From a virus (taxonomy: Duplodnaviria > Caudoviricetes), in IMG/VR virus record IMGVR_UViG_3300027704_000029, positions 1 through 57,486 of that record: a stretch of DNA of 57,486 nt; one strand, 5' to 3'. The notes below the pieces were generated by a model, which was given only the letters and a program-made list of their open reading frames with translations, was not told where the DNA came from and ran no database searches. The position numbers and the translations under genes were made by a program. Shown here one piece after another: positions 39,465-48,431 of the stretch (position 1 is the stretch's first letter; each line of letters begins with the position of its first letter).

Positions 39465-39688
39465 TATTTATACTCGAGGTTGTATTCTACAGATATAGCC
39501 ATGTTCTTATTAAAATCTTTCCAAGGTATAACCTCGTTATTTTTCTTAATAAATACAGAGTACTTTTTATCCTCTTCTACTATATCACATATAGTATGAC
39601 CACCATACACTTCTTGCCCCACGGCATAGTGCATAGCGTCATTCTTATAGTTTGTGCCTATTGATATTTTACGAATCAGCTTCTGCAC
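39464..39688 (-). CDS. Conserved hypothetical protein
   Basis: LIRKISIGTNYKNDAMHYAVGQEVYGGH; GTG start at 39688 chosen to reduce overlap. Confidence 0.6.
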   Translation of the reverse strand: MQKLIRKISIGTNYKNDAMHYAVGQEVYGGHTICDIVEEDKKYSVFIKKNNEVIPWKDFNKNMAISVEYNLEYK

Positions 39689-39956
39689 TCTTAGCTTCTT
39701 TAATTGCTCCGTTAGTGATATCAATATCTATGTTACCGTAAACTTCTTTTAACGCAACCTGCATAACCTGCATTTTCTCTTGCAATTCTCTCACTGTGTG
39801 ATTGAATCCATGTTTTCTAGTCTCTAAGATACCTATCTCCCTGTAGTGCTGATCAAGCGATCCTACTAACGCTTGCAATTCAGTTAATTCTTCCTTCGTT
39901 ATAAACTCTGCTTTTGGTGCTAAGTCTACTATTTTTGCTTTCTTGTTCTTTGCCAT
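39669..39956 (-). CDS. Small coiled-coil protein
   Basis: Heptad helix ending YGNIDIDITNG; A/T-rich leader. Confidence 0.65.
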   Translation of the reverse strand: MAKNKKAKIVDLAPKAEFITKEELTELQALVGSLDQHYREIGILETRKHGFNHTVRELQEKMQVMQVALKEVYGNIDIDITNGAIKEAKSAEADS

Positions 39957-39977
39957 AATTAAATTTAATTAAAATTG

Positions 39978-39998
39978 TAGTACCCAAAATAGGTACTA
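39978..39998 (-). promoter_or_regulatory. Hairpin just downstream of late promoter motif
   Basis: TAGTACC-7 nt loop-GGTACTA perfect stem. Confidence 0.5.
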
Positions 39999-40006
39999 TA
40001 TATACT

Positions 40007-40032
40007 ATCACTTGTTTTTACCTTGTTTTTAC
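40007..40032 (-). promoter_or_regulatory. Putative late promoter GTAAA-N16-GTGAT
   Basis: GTAAAAACAAGGTAAAAACAAGTGAT upstream of the packaging/head operon. Confidence 0.55.
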
Positions 40033-40033
40033 T

Positions 40034-40600
40034 TTATCTAAGGGATAACGCCACTCCTTTACTGAAACCTCTTGGGCCAGTAACATTAATTGTTAGCGTA
40101 TAAGCACCTCTGCTCTCGGTTACAGCTAGTGTTGCCGCGTATCCTTCTGTTATTGCTAGTGATCCAGCTGCTCCAGCGCTTCCAGTTGCTCCTCTTGCCC
40201 CAGCACTTCCGGTAGCTCCTCTCGCTCCGGCAGATCCATTATTTCCGTTTGAACCATTACTTCCAGCTGACCCAGTATCTCCAGTATCTCCTTTTGAACC
40301 GTTTGACCCGTTGCTACCAGCGTTTCCAGTTGGCCCTCGAGCTCCAGTTGCTCCTCTATCTCCATCACTTCCATCAGTTCCAGATCCTCTATTTGTATTA
40401 GCTGTTATAGCTGCTTTTAAAGCATCCATACCCATATCGTTATCATTATGCTGCAAATCATCAACAGATGCTCTAAGTGATTGTATAGCGCTTATTATAG
40501 GGTCGTCAGATAAGTCAGTATCATCTAATACGTTTTTACCAGCTGTTTTACCTGATTCAGCCATTTTGGCTGCCATTGTTTTTACTGTTCTTCTTGCCAT
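40034..40600 (-). CDS. Collagen-like (Gly-X-Y) fibre protein
   Basis: About 25 consecutive GXY triplets (GSGTDGSDGDRGATGARGPTG...). Confidence 0.8.
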   Translation of the reverse strand: MARRTVKTMAAKMAESGKTAGKNVLDDTDLSDDPIISAIQSLRASVDDLQHNDNDMGMDALKAAITANTNRGSGTDGSDGDRGATGARGPTGNAGSNGSNGSKGDTGDTGSAGSNGSNGNNGSAGARGATGSAGARGATGSAGAAGSLAITEGYAATLAVTESRGAYTLTINVTGPRGFSKGVALSLR

Positions 40601-40601
40601 A

Positions 40602-42566
40602 TTATACTGTTGTTCCGGTTAGTGTAAAATTAATTCTTGGTTTTTGACCATTACCTCCACTTGTTTTACCAAATCCTACTATTATCAAATCACCTGCTGA
40701 TACAGCTGTTGATCCTGTTGCATCAAGAGTAGTCATTCTACCATTCACGGTTGAGACAGATGCTGTTGCTATTTGCGTTAAAGCTAGGTTACTTGTGTTA
40801 ACACCTGTTGCTCTAGCCATTTTATACACCCTAACTTGCATGGTTCCGTCAGCTGCATTCATTCTAACTTGACTCATTATCGAAACTTGAGAAAGGTTAA
40901 CCGGGCATATTATACCGTTATGCTGATCGTTTTGATTTATAACAGGTGCATCGACATCTACTAAGTTTGTTGCAGTATCTCTTGAATCATTCCAACCGTA
41001 GTTATTACTACCGATGTATACTTTATCAGTTCCATCAGAAGCAAACTGAGCAGCTGTTTTATTTATATAACCTGAGTGAGAAGCTATACCTATCACCTGC
41101 CCTTTTATTGGAGAGCTAAAAGTTTTAGATCCAGCTATTGTTTGTGATCCTGTTGTTATACCAACTTTACTTGTGTTGGTTGATATATTGCTTATCTCAC
41201 CACTAGTTATAGTTCTTTCGGATGTTGTTGCTGAGTTACCGTTAACACTACCAACTATTGTGCTAGAAAATGTTTTTACTCCACCAATTGTTTTGTTACC
41301 AAGTATTGGAACAGCAATACCGTCAATTGCACCTTTGACACCTCTAGATGTCGTAGCTTTACCTGAATCAGTTCCTTCTATTACTTCATCATTAGTTGCT
41401 AGTTCAACTACTCCCTTTGTACCTTCAGCAGCATCTTCTTCATCATTATTTTGAGTGTTAGCCCAAGGCACGTTTACGTACATCTTTCCAGAAGATAATT
41501 CTACTGGATAATTCTTACCAGACTCAGTATAACCTATTTTAACTAAACCTAATGTAGAGCTCGTTGCTGTACTGTATGTAGTGTTTGTGTTAGTTGTATA
41601 AGAAGGTGTTGCCCAGACAGCCGTTCCACTTGATGTGTATTTTAAAAACTGACCACTTGCTCCACCTGTTGGTACATGCTTGTTACCAGCGCTTGTTGGG
41701 TGGGTATAAACAGTGTTTGTGTCAGGTAATGTAACCGATCCGCCGTTTGTTAATGACAACGTTTGACCTGATATACTTAAGTCTTGTGTATCAGTATTTG
41801 CAATTACAGCTCCATCAACATAGGCTTTACTTGCGGCATCTGTACTAGCGTCCACAGTGTCAATACCGGTTATTCTACCAGTACCAGTTATAGCAACTGT
41901 GCCTGTAAATGTTTTAGCTCCAGTAAATGTTTGAGTGCCATCAAGCATTGCAACAGTCCTTATAGTGCCCCAAGTAGAAGCAGATCCTGTTCTAAAGTAT
42001 AACTCATTGTCACCGGCTGAAGAATCAGCTTCTGCGATAAGTTGCCATGCAGCATAGTTACCCGACCAGCCTTTCATTGTTATACCACTGTACCAAGAAC
42101 CTAATCCTCCAAAATCATCAGTAAAGCTAAATGAAGCACTAGTGGTTGGAAAGTTAGCTGGAGTAACATCACCAGAACTTCTAGTATCTTTAATTTTAAT
42201 ATCTCCTATTATAGGGCTATTAAATGTATTGTTTCCGCTAAACGTTTGGTTGGCATTAGTGTAAGCGCCATTAGTTACTGTCCCAGCATTACCTGACACT
42301 GTTGTTTGAACAACATTCTCAATATAGTTACTTGCATGAATAGTACCTGCGCCAGAAGCTGTCCAATCTATTATAGCGTTACCAGTTGGTATACCGGTGC
42401 TATTAAACGCATTGCTACCAAGCGTTCTTTTACTAAGAACACCAGAACTGTTTATCACCACAGCATTTGTTTCTGTTGTAGCGGCTAAACCCGAAAAAGT
42501 AACAGTAGCAGGAGCTGTTAAATCAGCCCCCGCACCTGTCAATACAATGTCGTTTAAAAACTTCAT
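40602..42566 (-). CDS. Tail fibre protein
   Basis: Thr/Gly/Ser-rich; QT(F/I)xGxKTF repeats, DAASKAYVD and KGVVELAT fibre motifs. Confidence 0.8.
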   Translation of the reverse strand: MKFLNDIVLTGAGADLTAPATVTFSGLAATTETNAVVINSSGVLSKRTLGSNAFNSTGIPTGNAIIDWTASGAGTIHASNYIENVVQTTVSGNAGTVTNGAYTNANQTFSGNNTFNSPIIGDIKIKDTRSSGDVTPANFPTTSASFSFTDDFGGLGSWYSGITMKGWSGNYAAWQLIAEADSSAGDNELYFRTGSASTWGTIRTVAMLDGTQTFTGAKTFTGTVAITGTGRITGIDTVDASTDAASKAYVDGAVIANTDTQDLSISGQTLSLTNGGSVTLPDTNTVYTHPTSAGNKHVPTGGASGQFLKYTSSGTAVWATPSYTTNTNTTYSTATSSTLGLVKIGYTESGKNYPVELSSGKMYVNVPWANTQNNDEEDAAEGTKGVVELATNDEVIEGTDSGKATTSRGVKGAIDGIAVPILGNKTIGGVKTFSSTIVGSVNGNSATTSERTITSGEISNISTNTSKVGITTGSQTIAGSKTFSSPIKGQVIGIASHSGYINKTAAQFASDGTDKVYIGSNNYGWNDSRDTATNLVDVDAPVINQNDQHNGIICPVNLSQVSIMSQVRMNAADGTMQVRVYKMARATGVNTSNLALTQIATASVSTVNGRMTTLDATGSTAVSAGDLIIVGFGKTSGGNGQKPRINFTLTGTTV

Positions 42567-42590
42567 CTATTAAATTTTATTTATTATTAT

Positions 42591-44441
42591 CTATGCGTAT
42601 GCAACACTTGTTCCAGCTATAGGAGTTCTAACAGCAGTTATAACAACTCTCACATTTGAAGTTGGTTGTGCAGAGAACTCAAGCTTAACAACTGTTGTAG
42701 ACATAACTGTAACATTAGCGTATATCTCTTCCAAAGTACCACCTTCACCAGCTATTAAGTAAGTTCTAACTACAACATCTTTAGTAGCTAGAGCATGCGT
42801 TACATTAGCTCGCTTGTTTGTAGCCGATCCAATTGAAGATGCTGACAGAGTCATCACTGTACCCGTAGACAAACCTGAACCACTTATTTGTATTCCTTGA
42901 TTTGCAGCAACTGTTGTAATACCATTTACACCGGTAACCGCTAGAGCTGTTGCCGAGGCATTTGCTGTAGCTGTACCAGAGTTACCAGTAACAGTGCTGA
43001 ATAAGTTTTGGATTATTTTCTTAGAAACTAAATTACCACCATTAGCATTTGTAACAGACTCAGTTAAATACCAAGTGTCACTAGATTCTATCCACTGCAT
43101 GTTTACATTTGCAGAGTTACCTCTTTCAACTTCAATACCAGCGTTTTCACTAGGCGTTGATGCAGCGTTAGAGTTTAACAAGATCATGTTGTCTTGTATA
43201 GTAACTGTTTCAGTGTTTACTGTTGTTGACGTACCGTTGATAGTTAGATTACCAGTAACTACTAAGTTACCACTAACAAGAGCGTTGTCTGTCACCGTTA
43301 GATCACTACCAATTGTTACATCGTCAGGTAAACCTATAGTCACAGTACCATTGTTACCAGTACTCTCTGTAACTGCTACCTCGTTTGTTGTACCGGCAAA
43401 TGTTAACGTCTCTGTAGTTGAAGCAGCACCACCACCAGTAAGAGTCACAATAGCAGTGTTACCTGCACCAGCAGTTACAGGTATAGTATATGTAGCCTGT
43501 GTATTTGTGTCAGCTGTTTGAGTGTTAGCCCAAGGTACATTCACAACAAGTTTACCCGCAGTGTCCGTTGCTACTCTATACCATTTACCAGAAGTCTCAC
43601 TAGCAGTTGACGCGTTTGTTGCGAGTGATATTTGACCCCAAGTATTTACAGTGAACGTAGTACCAGATAAAGTTATACCTGTAGCAACCGTAGCAGTGTA
43701 TGTTGTGTTTGTATTTGTAACCGAATTTGTTAAAGTAATAACATCACCAGCTCTAGCTATAGTAAGACCAGTTCCAGCTCCTATTTCAACAAAATCAGTT
43801 GTTGAACCAGCTGCTCCACTACCAGTTAATACAATTTTCTCTCTACTAGTAGTTGACCCATCAGCTGCGGAAACAGCGTATGCGTTCTGTGTGTTTGTAG
43901 TTGTATCTACCCAAGGCACTTGAACAACTAATTGGTCAGAGCTATTTTTTTGTACACCGTAAGTTCGGGCAGCAACCTCTGACAAAGCTACTGGCGTTAC
44001 ATTGTTTAGAGCAGCAAACCTTGTTTTAGCTAAACCAAGAGCAGTGTTAGTAAGCGCACCATAAGTTGTATTAGTATCAGTAGTAGTTATAACTATTTGA
44101 CTAGCATTTCCTAGTGAGACGGTTGCACCTCCAGCTCCAAGGAACTGAACATCATCAGTTGTGTTCCCTGCAGCACCAGATCCAGATAGTCTTAATTTTA
44201 TACCACTTGAACTTATAGCAGAAGTAGCATAAGCATTCTGTGTGTTTACACCACCAGTAGTGTTGTATGAGAAATCTCGCCAAGCTGATCCATCCCACCA
44301 TTTAGGGATGTTGTTGCCGGTGTCCATAATTATATTACCAGATGTTGTAATGCCTGGAGTATAACTAGTAGCAGCGATACGGTACATCTTTAACCGTCTT
44401 GCTTCGTTTTCGACCAGGTCGAGGTGATTAAGAAATTTCAT
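42591..44441 (-). CDS. Tail fibre protein
   Basis: Thr/Ala-rich; GNLTINGTSTTVNTET..DNMILLN and AGIEVERG fibre motifs. Confidence 0.8.
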   Translation of the reverse strand: MKFLNHLDLVENEARRLKMYRIAATSYTPGITTSGNIIMDTGNNIPKWWDGSAWRDFSYNTTGGVNTQNAYATSAISSSGIKLRLSGSGAAGNTTDDVQFLGAGGATVSLGNASQIVITTTDTNTTYGALTNTALGLAKTRFAALNNVTPVALSEVAARTYGVQKNSSDQLVVQVPWVDTTTNTQNAYAVSAADGSTTSREKIVLTGSGAAGSTTDFVEIGAGTGLTIARAGDVITLTNSVTNTNTTYTATVATGITLSGTTFTVNTWGQISLATNASTASETSGKWYRVATDTAGKLVVNVPWANTQTADTNTQATYTIPVTAGAGNTAIVTLTGGGAASTTETLTFAGTTNEVAVTESTGNNGTVTIGLPDDVTIGSDLTVTDNALVSGNLVVTGNLTINGTSTTVNTETVTIQDNMILLNSNAASTPSENAGIEVERGNSANVNMQWIESSDTWYLTESVTNANGGNLVSKKIIQNLFSTVTGNSGTATANASATALAVTGVNGITTVAANQGIQISGSGLSTGTVMTLSASSIGSATNKRANVTHALATKDVVVRTYLIAGEGGTLEEIYANVTVMSTTVVKLEFSAQPTSNVRVVITAVRTPIAGTSVAYA

Positions 44442-44472
44442 GTTTTTGTTTGTTTATTATTAATTGTTTTGT

Positions 44473-45273
44473 TTAGTTGCAATAAGCTTCCCCACTACCA
44501 TCGGCCGATAAATATATCTTTAATTGATTGACGGATATGTGTTCCACGTTGGGTATAAATATAGTGCTACCGACAACGCATTGTACGGCTGGGTATTTGT
44601 TTAGGTTATGATTAACAGTCCACGTGGAAGAGCTATTGTTTTCCACATGTCTATAGTGCTTGTCACCACCATCACCAAAAGGCTCTAATATATAAAGATC
44701 TGGAAGCGGATGTGCTGTTAGCGATCCATTTCCAGATATATACGTAAGCGCCATATCATAGAAGTTAGTATTAGAACTATCTTGAGCAAAACTAGCTACT
44801 GTGTATATACCGTAAACGTTTGGATCATTAACCCAAGACCACTTAACTTTCATACCTGTGTATTCAGCTAATATGTTTTGAGCTGTGTTTGGTGTAGGGT
44901 TGTTTAAATGTGTAGCCCAAGGAAACTTACTAATCTTTAGTGTTGTTACAGATGAAAAAGCTAAAGAGTTAGCGGAACTTGATACATTTATAGTTCCTCC
45001 AGTATAATTACTACCACTACCATGTAAGGTATTATTGTGATAAATAAAAGCTAAAGCCCTAGGATCAGCCTCTGTTATAAAGTTAACAACCGAGTTGTTT
45101 ACAGTTGTGTTAGCTACATTTGTTATGTAAGTGTTACTAGTTCCACCACCTGGTGCAACCGGTCCACCTCCACCCATCTTGAAATTTCTTGTTACCCCAT
45201 TCTCATCAGTACCATGAAGCTTGTCTAGTTGGTCTAGTACCGGGTCTATTGCGTATGTACTAATTCTAGCCAT
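44473..45273 (-). CDS. Tail fibre-associated structural protein
   Basis: MARISTYAID N-terminus; C-terminal STWTVNHNLNKYPAV..GEAYCN. Confidence 0.6.
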   Translation of the reverse strand: MARISTYAIDPVLDQLDKLHGTDENGVTRNFKMGGGGPVAPGGGTSNTYITNVANTTVNNSVVNFITEADPRALAFIYHNNTLHGSGSNYTGGTINVSSSANSLAFSSVTTLKISKFPWATHLNNPTPNTAQNILAEYTGMKVKWSWVNDPNVYGIYTVASFAQDSSNTNFYDMALTYISGNGSLTAHPLPDLYILEPFGDGGDKHYRHVENNSSSTWTVNHNLNKYPAVQCVVGSTIFIPNVEHISVNQLKIYLSADGSGEAYCN

Positions 45274-45279
45274 TTATAT

Positions 45280-45672
45280 TTATTTTTTAACTTTCTCCAA
45301 ACTTCTACCTCCGAAGTAAGCTCCTATTACTGTTATTAATACTAATTGTAAAAGATCTGTCCATTTGTCCTCAACTTTAAAAGAGATAACACCTGCATCG
45401 ATAAAAATCAAGAATACAGTTGATACAACTAGAAAAACTAAAACTAATGGTCTTATATTCTTACTTAACCATGAATCTGAATTCATGTCCATTTTCCATC
45501 TCTCTGTTACTTGCTTCTGCATATCAGCCTCATAACCCATCATAAGATCTTTGATCTTAGCTTCGGCTTCTAGCTTCTCTTCTTTTGAAGTATGCAAGTT
45601 GTCTATGACGCCACCAACACTCTTTATGAGCTCGGTTGCCCCACCAGATAGTATTTTTGTTAATATACTCAT
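45280..45672 (-). CDS. Holin (GTA 3TM holin-like)
   Basis: DSWLSKNIRP, two hydrophobic helices, GAYFGGRSLEK. Confidence 0.75.
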   Translation of the reverse strand: MSILTKILSGGATELIKSVGGVIDNLHTSKEEKLEAEAKIKDLMMGYEADMQKQVTERWKMDMNSDSWLSKNIRPLVLVFLVVSTVFLIFIDAGVISFKVEDKWTDLLQLVLITVIGAYFGGRSLEKVKK

Positions 45673-46134
45673 TTAATTATTGTAGTAACTTTTTTTCCCA
45701 GCTTTGTTTTTACTTCTATCTCTCATTATCTCAGCTTCACGCTCGAGATCTGCTTTTTTTTGCTTTTGCGTTTTAGTTTCTTTTTTCCCCGTACGATTCG
45801 ACTCTTCGTTAACAAAAGATTTTCTGTCTTCTAAATCACCAATTCTCTCCATTTCAACAAACCTATCTCCAGCACCAGCACGCTTTTTTGGTGGTCTATT
45901 GTTGTCGTTTATAGTTTTTCTATCGTTTTCCATTTCCTTTATACCATCTTTAGGGTTATCACCATTATAACCTCTACCGTACACCCAAACATCATCATTA
46001 TCACTCTTAATGTTTTGCTCTGGTATTGGACCTTGTTGATCACCTTTTGATGACTCGTAATTTTTACCTTTATTCTTTTGAAACAATGGAGTTCCTTCCC
46101 CAAAGCTCTTCATACCTTTCATTTTAAATGCCAT
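45673..46134 (-). CDS. MAFKMKG-leader family basic protein
   Basis: Starts MAFKMKGMKSFGEGTPLFQ. Confidence 0.75.
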   Translation of the reverse strand: MAFKMKGMKSFGEGTPLFQKNKGKNYESSKGDQQGPIPEQNIKSDNDDVWVYGRGYNGDNPKDGIKEMENDRKTINDNNRPPKKRAGAGDRFVEMERIGDLEDRKSFVNEESNRTGKKETKTQKQKKADLEREAEIMRDRSKNKAGKKSYYNN

Positions 46135-46142
46135 AGTATTAT

Positions 46143-46439
46143 TTATTTCTTATATTTTGCTTTAACTTCTCTTTTCACTTCCCTAGCTTTAGCTTTGAAT
46201 TCCTTCTTTTCACTCTTATATTTATCCCTAGCTTCTTTTTTCCCCTCCTTATAATCCATCACTTTTGAAACCTCAATATTTTGGTTCCTCTCGTTCTTCA
46301 TTTGCTTTATTACCCCTCTTTTTGCCTTTCTCAAGCTTTTTAACTCATCTCTCTTGTTATCAAAAACTGGGGGAGTGTATTCTTCTTTTTGTGGTAGTGG
46401 TGAGCTGTAGAGGCTCGATCCTTTCATCTTAAATGCCAT
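46143..46439 (-). CDS. MAFKMKG-leader family basic protein
   Basis: Starts MAFKMKGSSLYSSPLPQ; Lys/Glu helical body. Confidence 0.75.
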   Translation of the reverse strand: MAFKMKGSSLYSSPLPQKEEYTPPVFDNKRDELKSLRKAKRGVIKQMKNERNQNIEVSKVMDYKEGKKEARDKYKSEKKEFKAKAREVKREVKAKYKK

Positions 46440-46442
46440 AGT

Positions 46443-46898
46443 TTATTTCTTTTTCTTTTTCAATTTTGCTTGTTTTTCTTTCTTTAAATCATCTAACTGA
46501 TACTTTTGCCAAGAAGGAACTTTAGTTTTCTGTTTTTGCGCATCACCTTCTTCTAGTTGAGTTTCATCAATTAAAAGACCTTTTGGATAATTGTTACTAA
46601 CCATAAAAGTATCTCTTGGTGCGGTTCTATCCACGTCATAATCATTACCCTTAAAAGTTTTTCTTGATGTTGTAACTGGGTTATCAGAATCTCCAGAGTA
46701 AGATTCATGATCTGTTAATGATGTTACAAAGCTGTTTCCTTTTTTATCTTTTTGTACAGCTGAAATGTTTTGTACATTGTTGTTTTTAAGATCATTATCT
46801 CCAGAGGTATTTCTAGCCTTTACCTTACTTGCTTTACTCGCTTGTGATTGTTTCATTGGTGAGCTGTAAAAACTCGATCCTTTCATTTTATACGCCAT
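46443..46898 (-). CDS. MAFKMKG-leader family protein
   Basis: Starts MAYKMKGSSFYSSPMKQ. Confidence 0.75.
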   Translation of the reverse strand: MAYKMKGSSFYSSPMKQSQASKASKVKARNTSGDNDLKNNNVQNISAVQKDKKGNSFVTSLTDHESYSGDSDNPVTTSRKTFKGNDYDVDRTAPRDTFMVSNNYPKGLLIDETQLEEGDAQKQKTKVPSWQKYQLDDLKKEKQAKLKKKKK

Positions 46899-46923
46899 AG
46901 TTTATTTTTTTGTTTAACTCTTT

Positions 46924-47112
46924 TTAATAATCTGTATATTTATTAATCTCTTTAGAAGCCTCGTTTAATTCTTTTCCTTTCTCCATAAGGCTAGCATCTT
47001 TCTTTTTAGATACTTTGTCAGCAACGTATGTTCTAGCCTTTGCTTTAGCTTTGTTTAATCCTTGGTTTTTAGAGTTGAAATCAAAGTGACTTCCTTTCAT
47101 TTTATATGCCAT
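46924..47112 (-). CDS. MAFKMKG-leader family small protein
   Basis: Starts MAYKMKGSHF. Confidence 0.7.
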   Translation of the reverse strand: MAYKMKGSHFDFNSKNQGLNKAKAKARTYVADKVSKKKDASLMEKGKELNEASKEINKYTDY

Positions 47113-47115
47113 AGT

Positions 47116-47478
47116 TTATTTCTTTTTATCTGATTCTTTATAAGCAGCTTTCTCCCAAGGAAAATCTTTACTTCCTTCGTCTATCCACTTTCCATTGTAC
47201 TTTATCTTACCATTCTCTCTGTGGTATGACTTACCGTTATACCTTACGTGATCATCGCCGTAACCCAGTTTTCCAGAAGACATATCCTTAGCGTGCTTAC
47301 CTTCATGTGCTATTACTTCTCTTTCTTGCTTGCTACCAGGTTTTATGTCTTTACTGATAAATATACTTCCATCATTATTAGCTTCACCTAATATACCTTT
47401 GTCTAGTTTTTTTCTAAATATAGGTGTTTGTTCAGAGTTCTTAATACCTCTTGATTCTCTTCCTAGTTTAAATCCCAT
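47116..47478 (-). CDS. Zincin-like metalloprotease with degenerate leader
   Basis: GEANNDGSIFI..VIAHEGKH (HExxH) and PWEKAAY with a possible third-ligand Glu; starts MGFKLG...TPIFRK. Confidence 0.7.
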   Translation of the reverse strand: MGFKLGRESRGIKNSEQTPIFRKKLDKGILGEANNDGSIFISKDIKPGSKQEREVIAHEGKHAKDMSSGKLGYGDDHVRYNGKSYHRENGKIKYNGKWIDEGSKDFPWEKAAYKESDKKK

Positions 47479-47735
47479 TACTGACCAGTTGTATCAGGGT
47501 TTCTCTTCATCTCAGCTTCTAACTCCTTATTCAGCTTTTCCTGATACTTTTTGTTTCTTATTAACGCTAGCTCAGCTTTAGTATAGTCACTCCTCTTCTT
47601 ACCGTTATTACCGTTCTTTCCAATATCCAAAGCGGTTTTCTTTGCGGCGATACTTAATTCAGTATCTTCACTTATCACTTTAGAGTTAGTTCTTTTTGTT
47701 GATTGTTTAAACGGGGATGTCATTTTAAATGCCAT
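47478..47735 (-). CDS. MAFKM-leader family small protein
   Basis: Starts MAFKMTSPFKQ. Confidence 0.7.
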   Translation of the reverse strand: MAFKMTSPFKQSTKRTNSKVISEDTELSIAAKKTALDIGKNGNNGKKRSDYTKAELALIRNKKYQEKLNKELEAEMKRNPDTTGQ

Positions 47736-47736
47736 A

Positions 47737-48177
47737 TTATCTGTCTTTGTCTTTTATCATATCTTCTATAGCTTTATTGTAAACTTTATCCGTATATGAT
47801 TTGTTATTGTAAAACACACTTCTCTCTGAAGTGGGTAGATCTTCTTCTCCTAATAGTATCCTGTAAATCCTGCTAATGAGTTGAGAACACTTAAAAGAAG
47901 TTTTAAAAACTGAGTACTTTATAGTTGTTCGGTTTCGATGTCGCCAAACTTCTATCCAATCACTTCTTCTAAGTTTCTCCCATCTGTTCTTATCCCAACT
48001 CATAGTGTATACTCCATCTATAAAGTCTTGTCGGGTAAATCGGCCTTTACAGTCTAAGTATATCAGTAGTTCTAATTCAGCGTCTGTGATGTTATAAGTC
48101 TTACAAGCCCATTTTCTTACTAACCTGTAATACTTCAAGAGATTCATCTCTCTTACATCCTGAGCTGTTATTCGCAC
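47737..48177 (-). CDS. Conserved protein, possible winged-HTH DNA-binding protein
   Basis: YNITDAELELLIYLD..FTRQDF...LRRSDWI pattern resembles MarR-type wHTH. Confidence 0.45.
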   Translation of the reverse strand: MRITAQDVREMNLLKYYRLVRKWACKTYNITDAELELLIYLDCKGRFTRQDFIDGVYTMSWDKNRWEKLRRSDWIEVWRHRNRTTIKYSVFKTSFKCSQLISRIYRILLGEEDLPTSERSVFYNNKSYTDKVYNKAIEDMIKDKDR

Positions 48178-48431
48178 TCTATCAGTACAACGTTTTCGTC
48201 TCTTATAACGTAGTATATCTTTTCTTTAAAATCAACACCATTACCAGCATGTTTGTCATAATGAATGATATCACCTTCCTTCAACACTTTGACTTTATCA
48301 CCAGTGGATAATATCTTAGCTCTAGCGTATCTATTGTCTACGTCTGTTTTCTCTGTTAGTAATAATCCATTAACTTCCTTAGTCTTCTCAGAAAGTTTTT
48401 CTACTAGTATGTAGTTTCCTATTGCTTTCAT
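48168..48431 (-). CDS. groES: Co-chaperonin GroES
   Basis: MKAIGNYILVE...GLLL...AKILSTG...KEGDIIHYDKHAG; ATG at 48431 overlaps the groEL stop. Confidence 0.85.
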   Translation of the reverse strand: MKAIGNYILVEKLSEKTKEVNGLLLTEKTDVDNRYARAKILSTGDKVKVLKEGDIIHYDKHAGNGVDFKEKIYYVIRDENVVLIECE

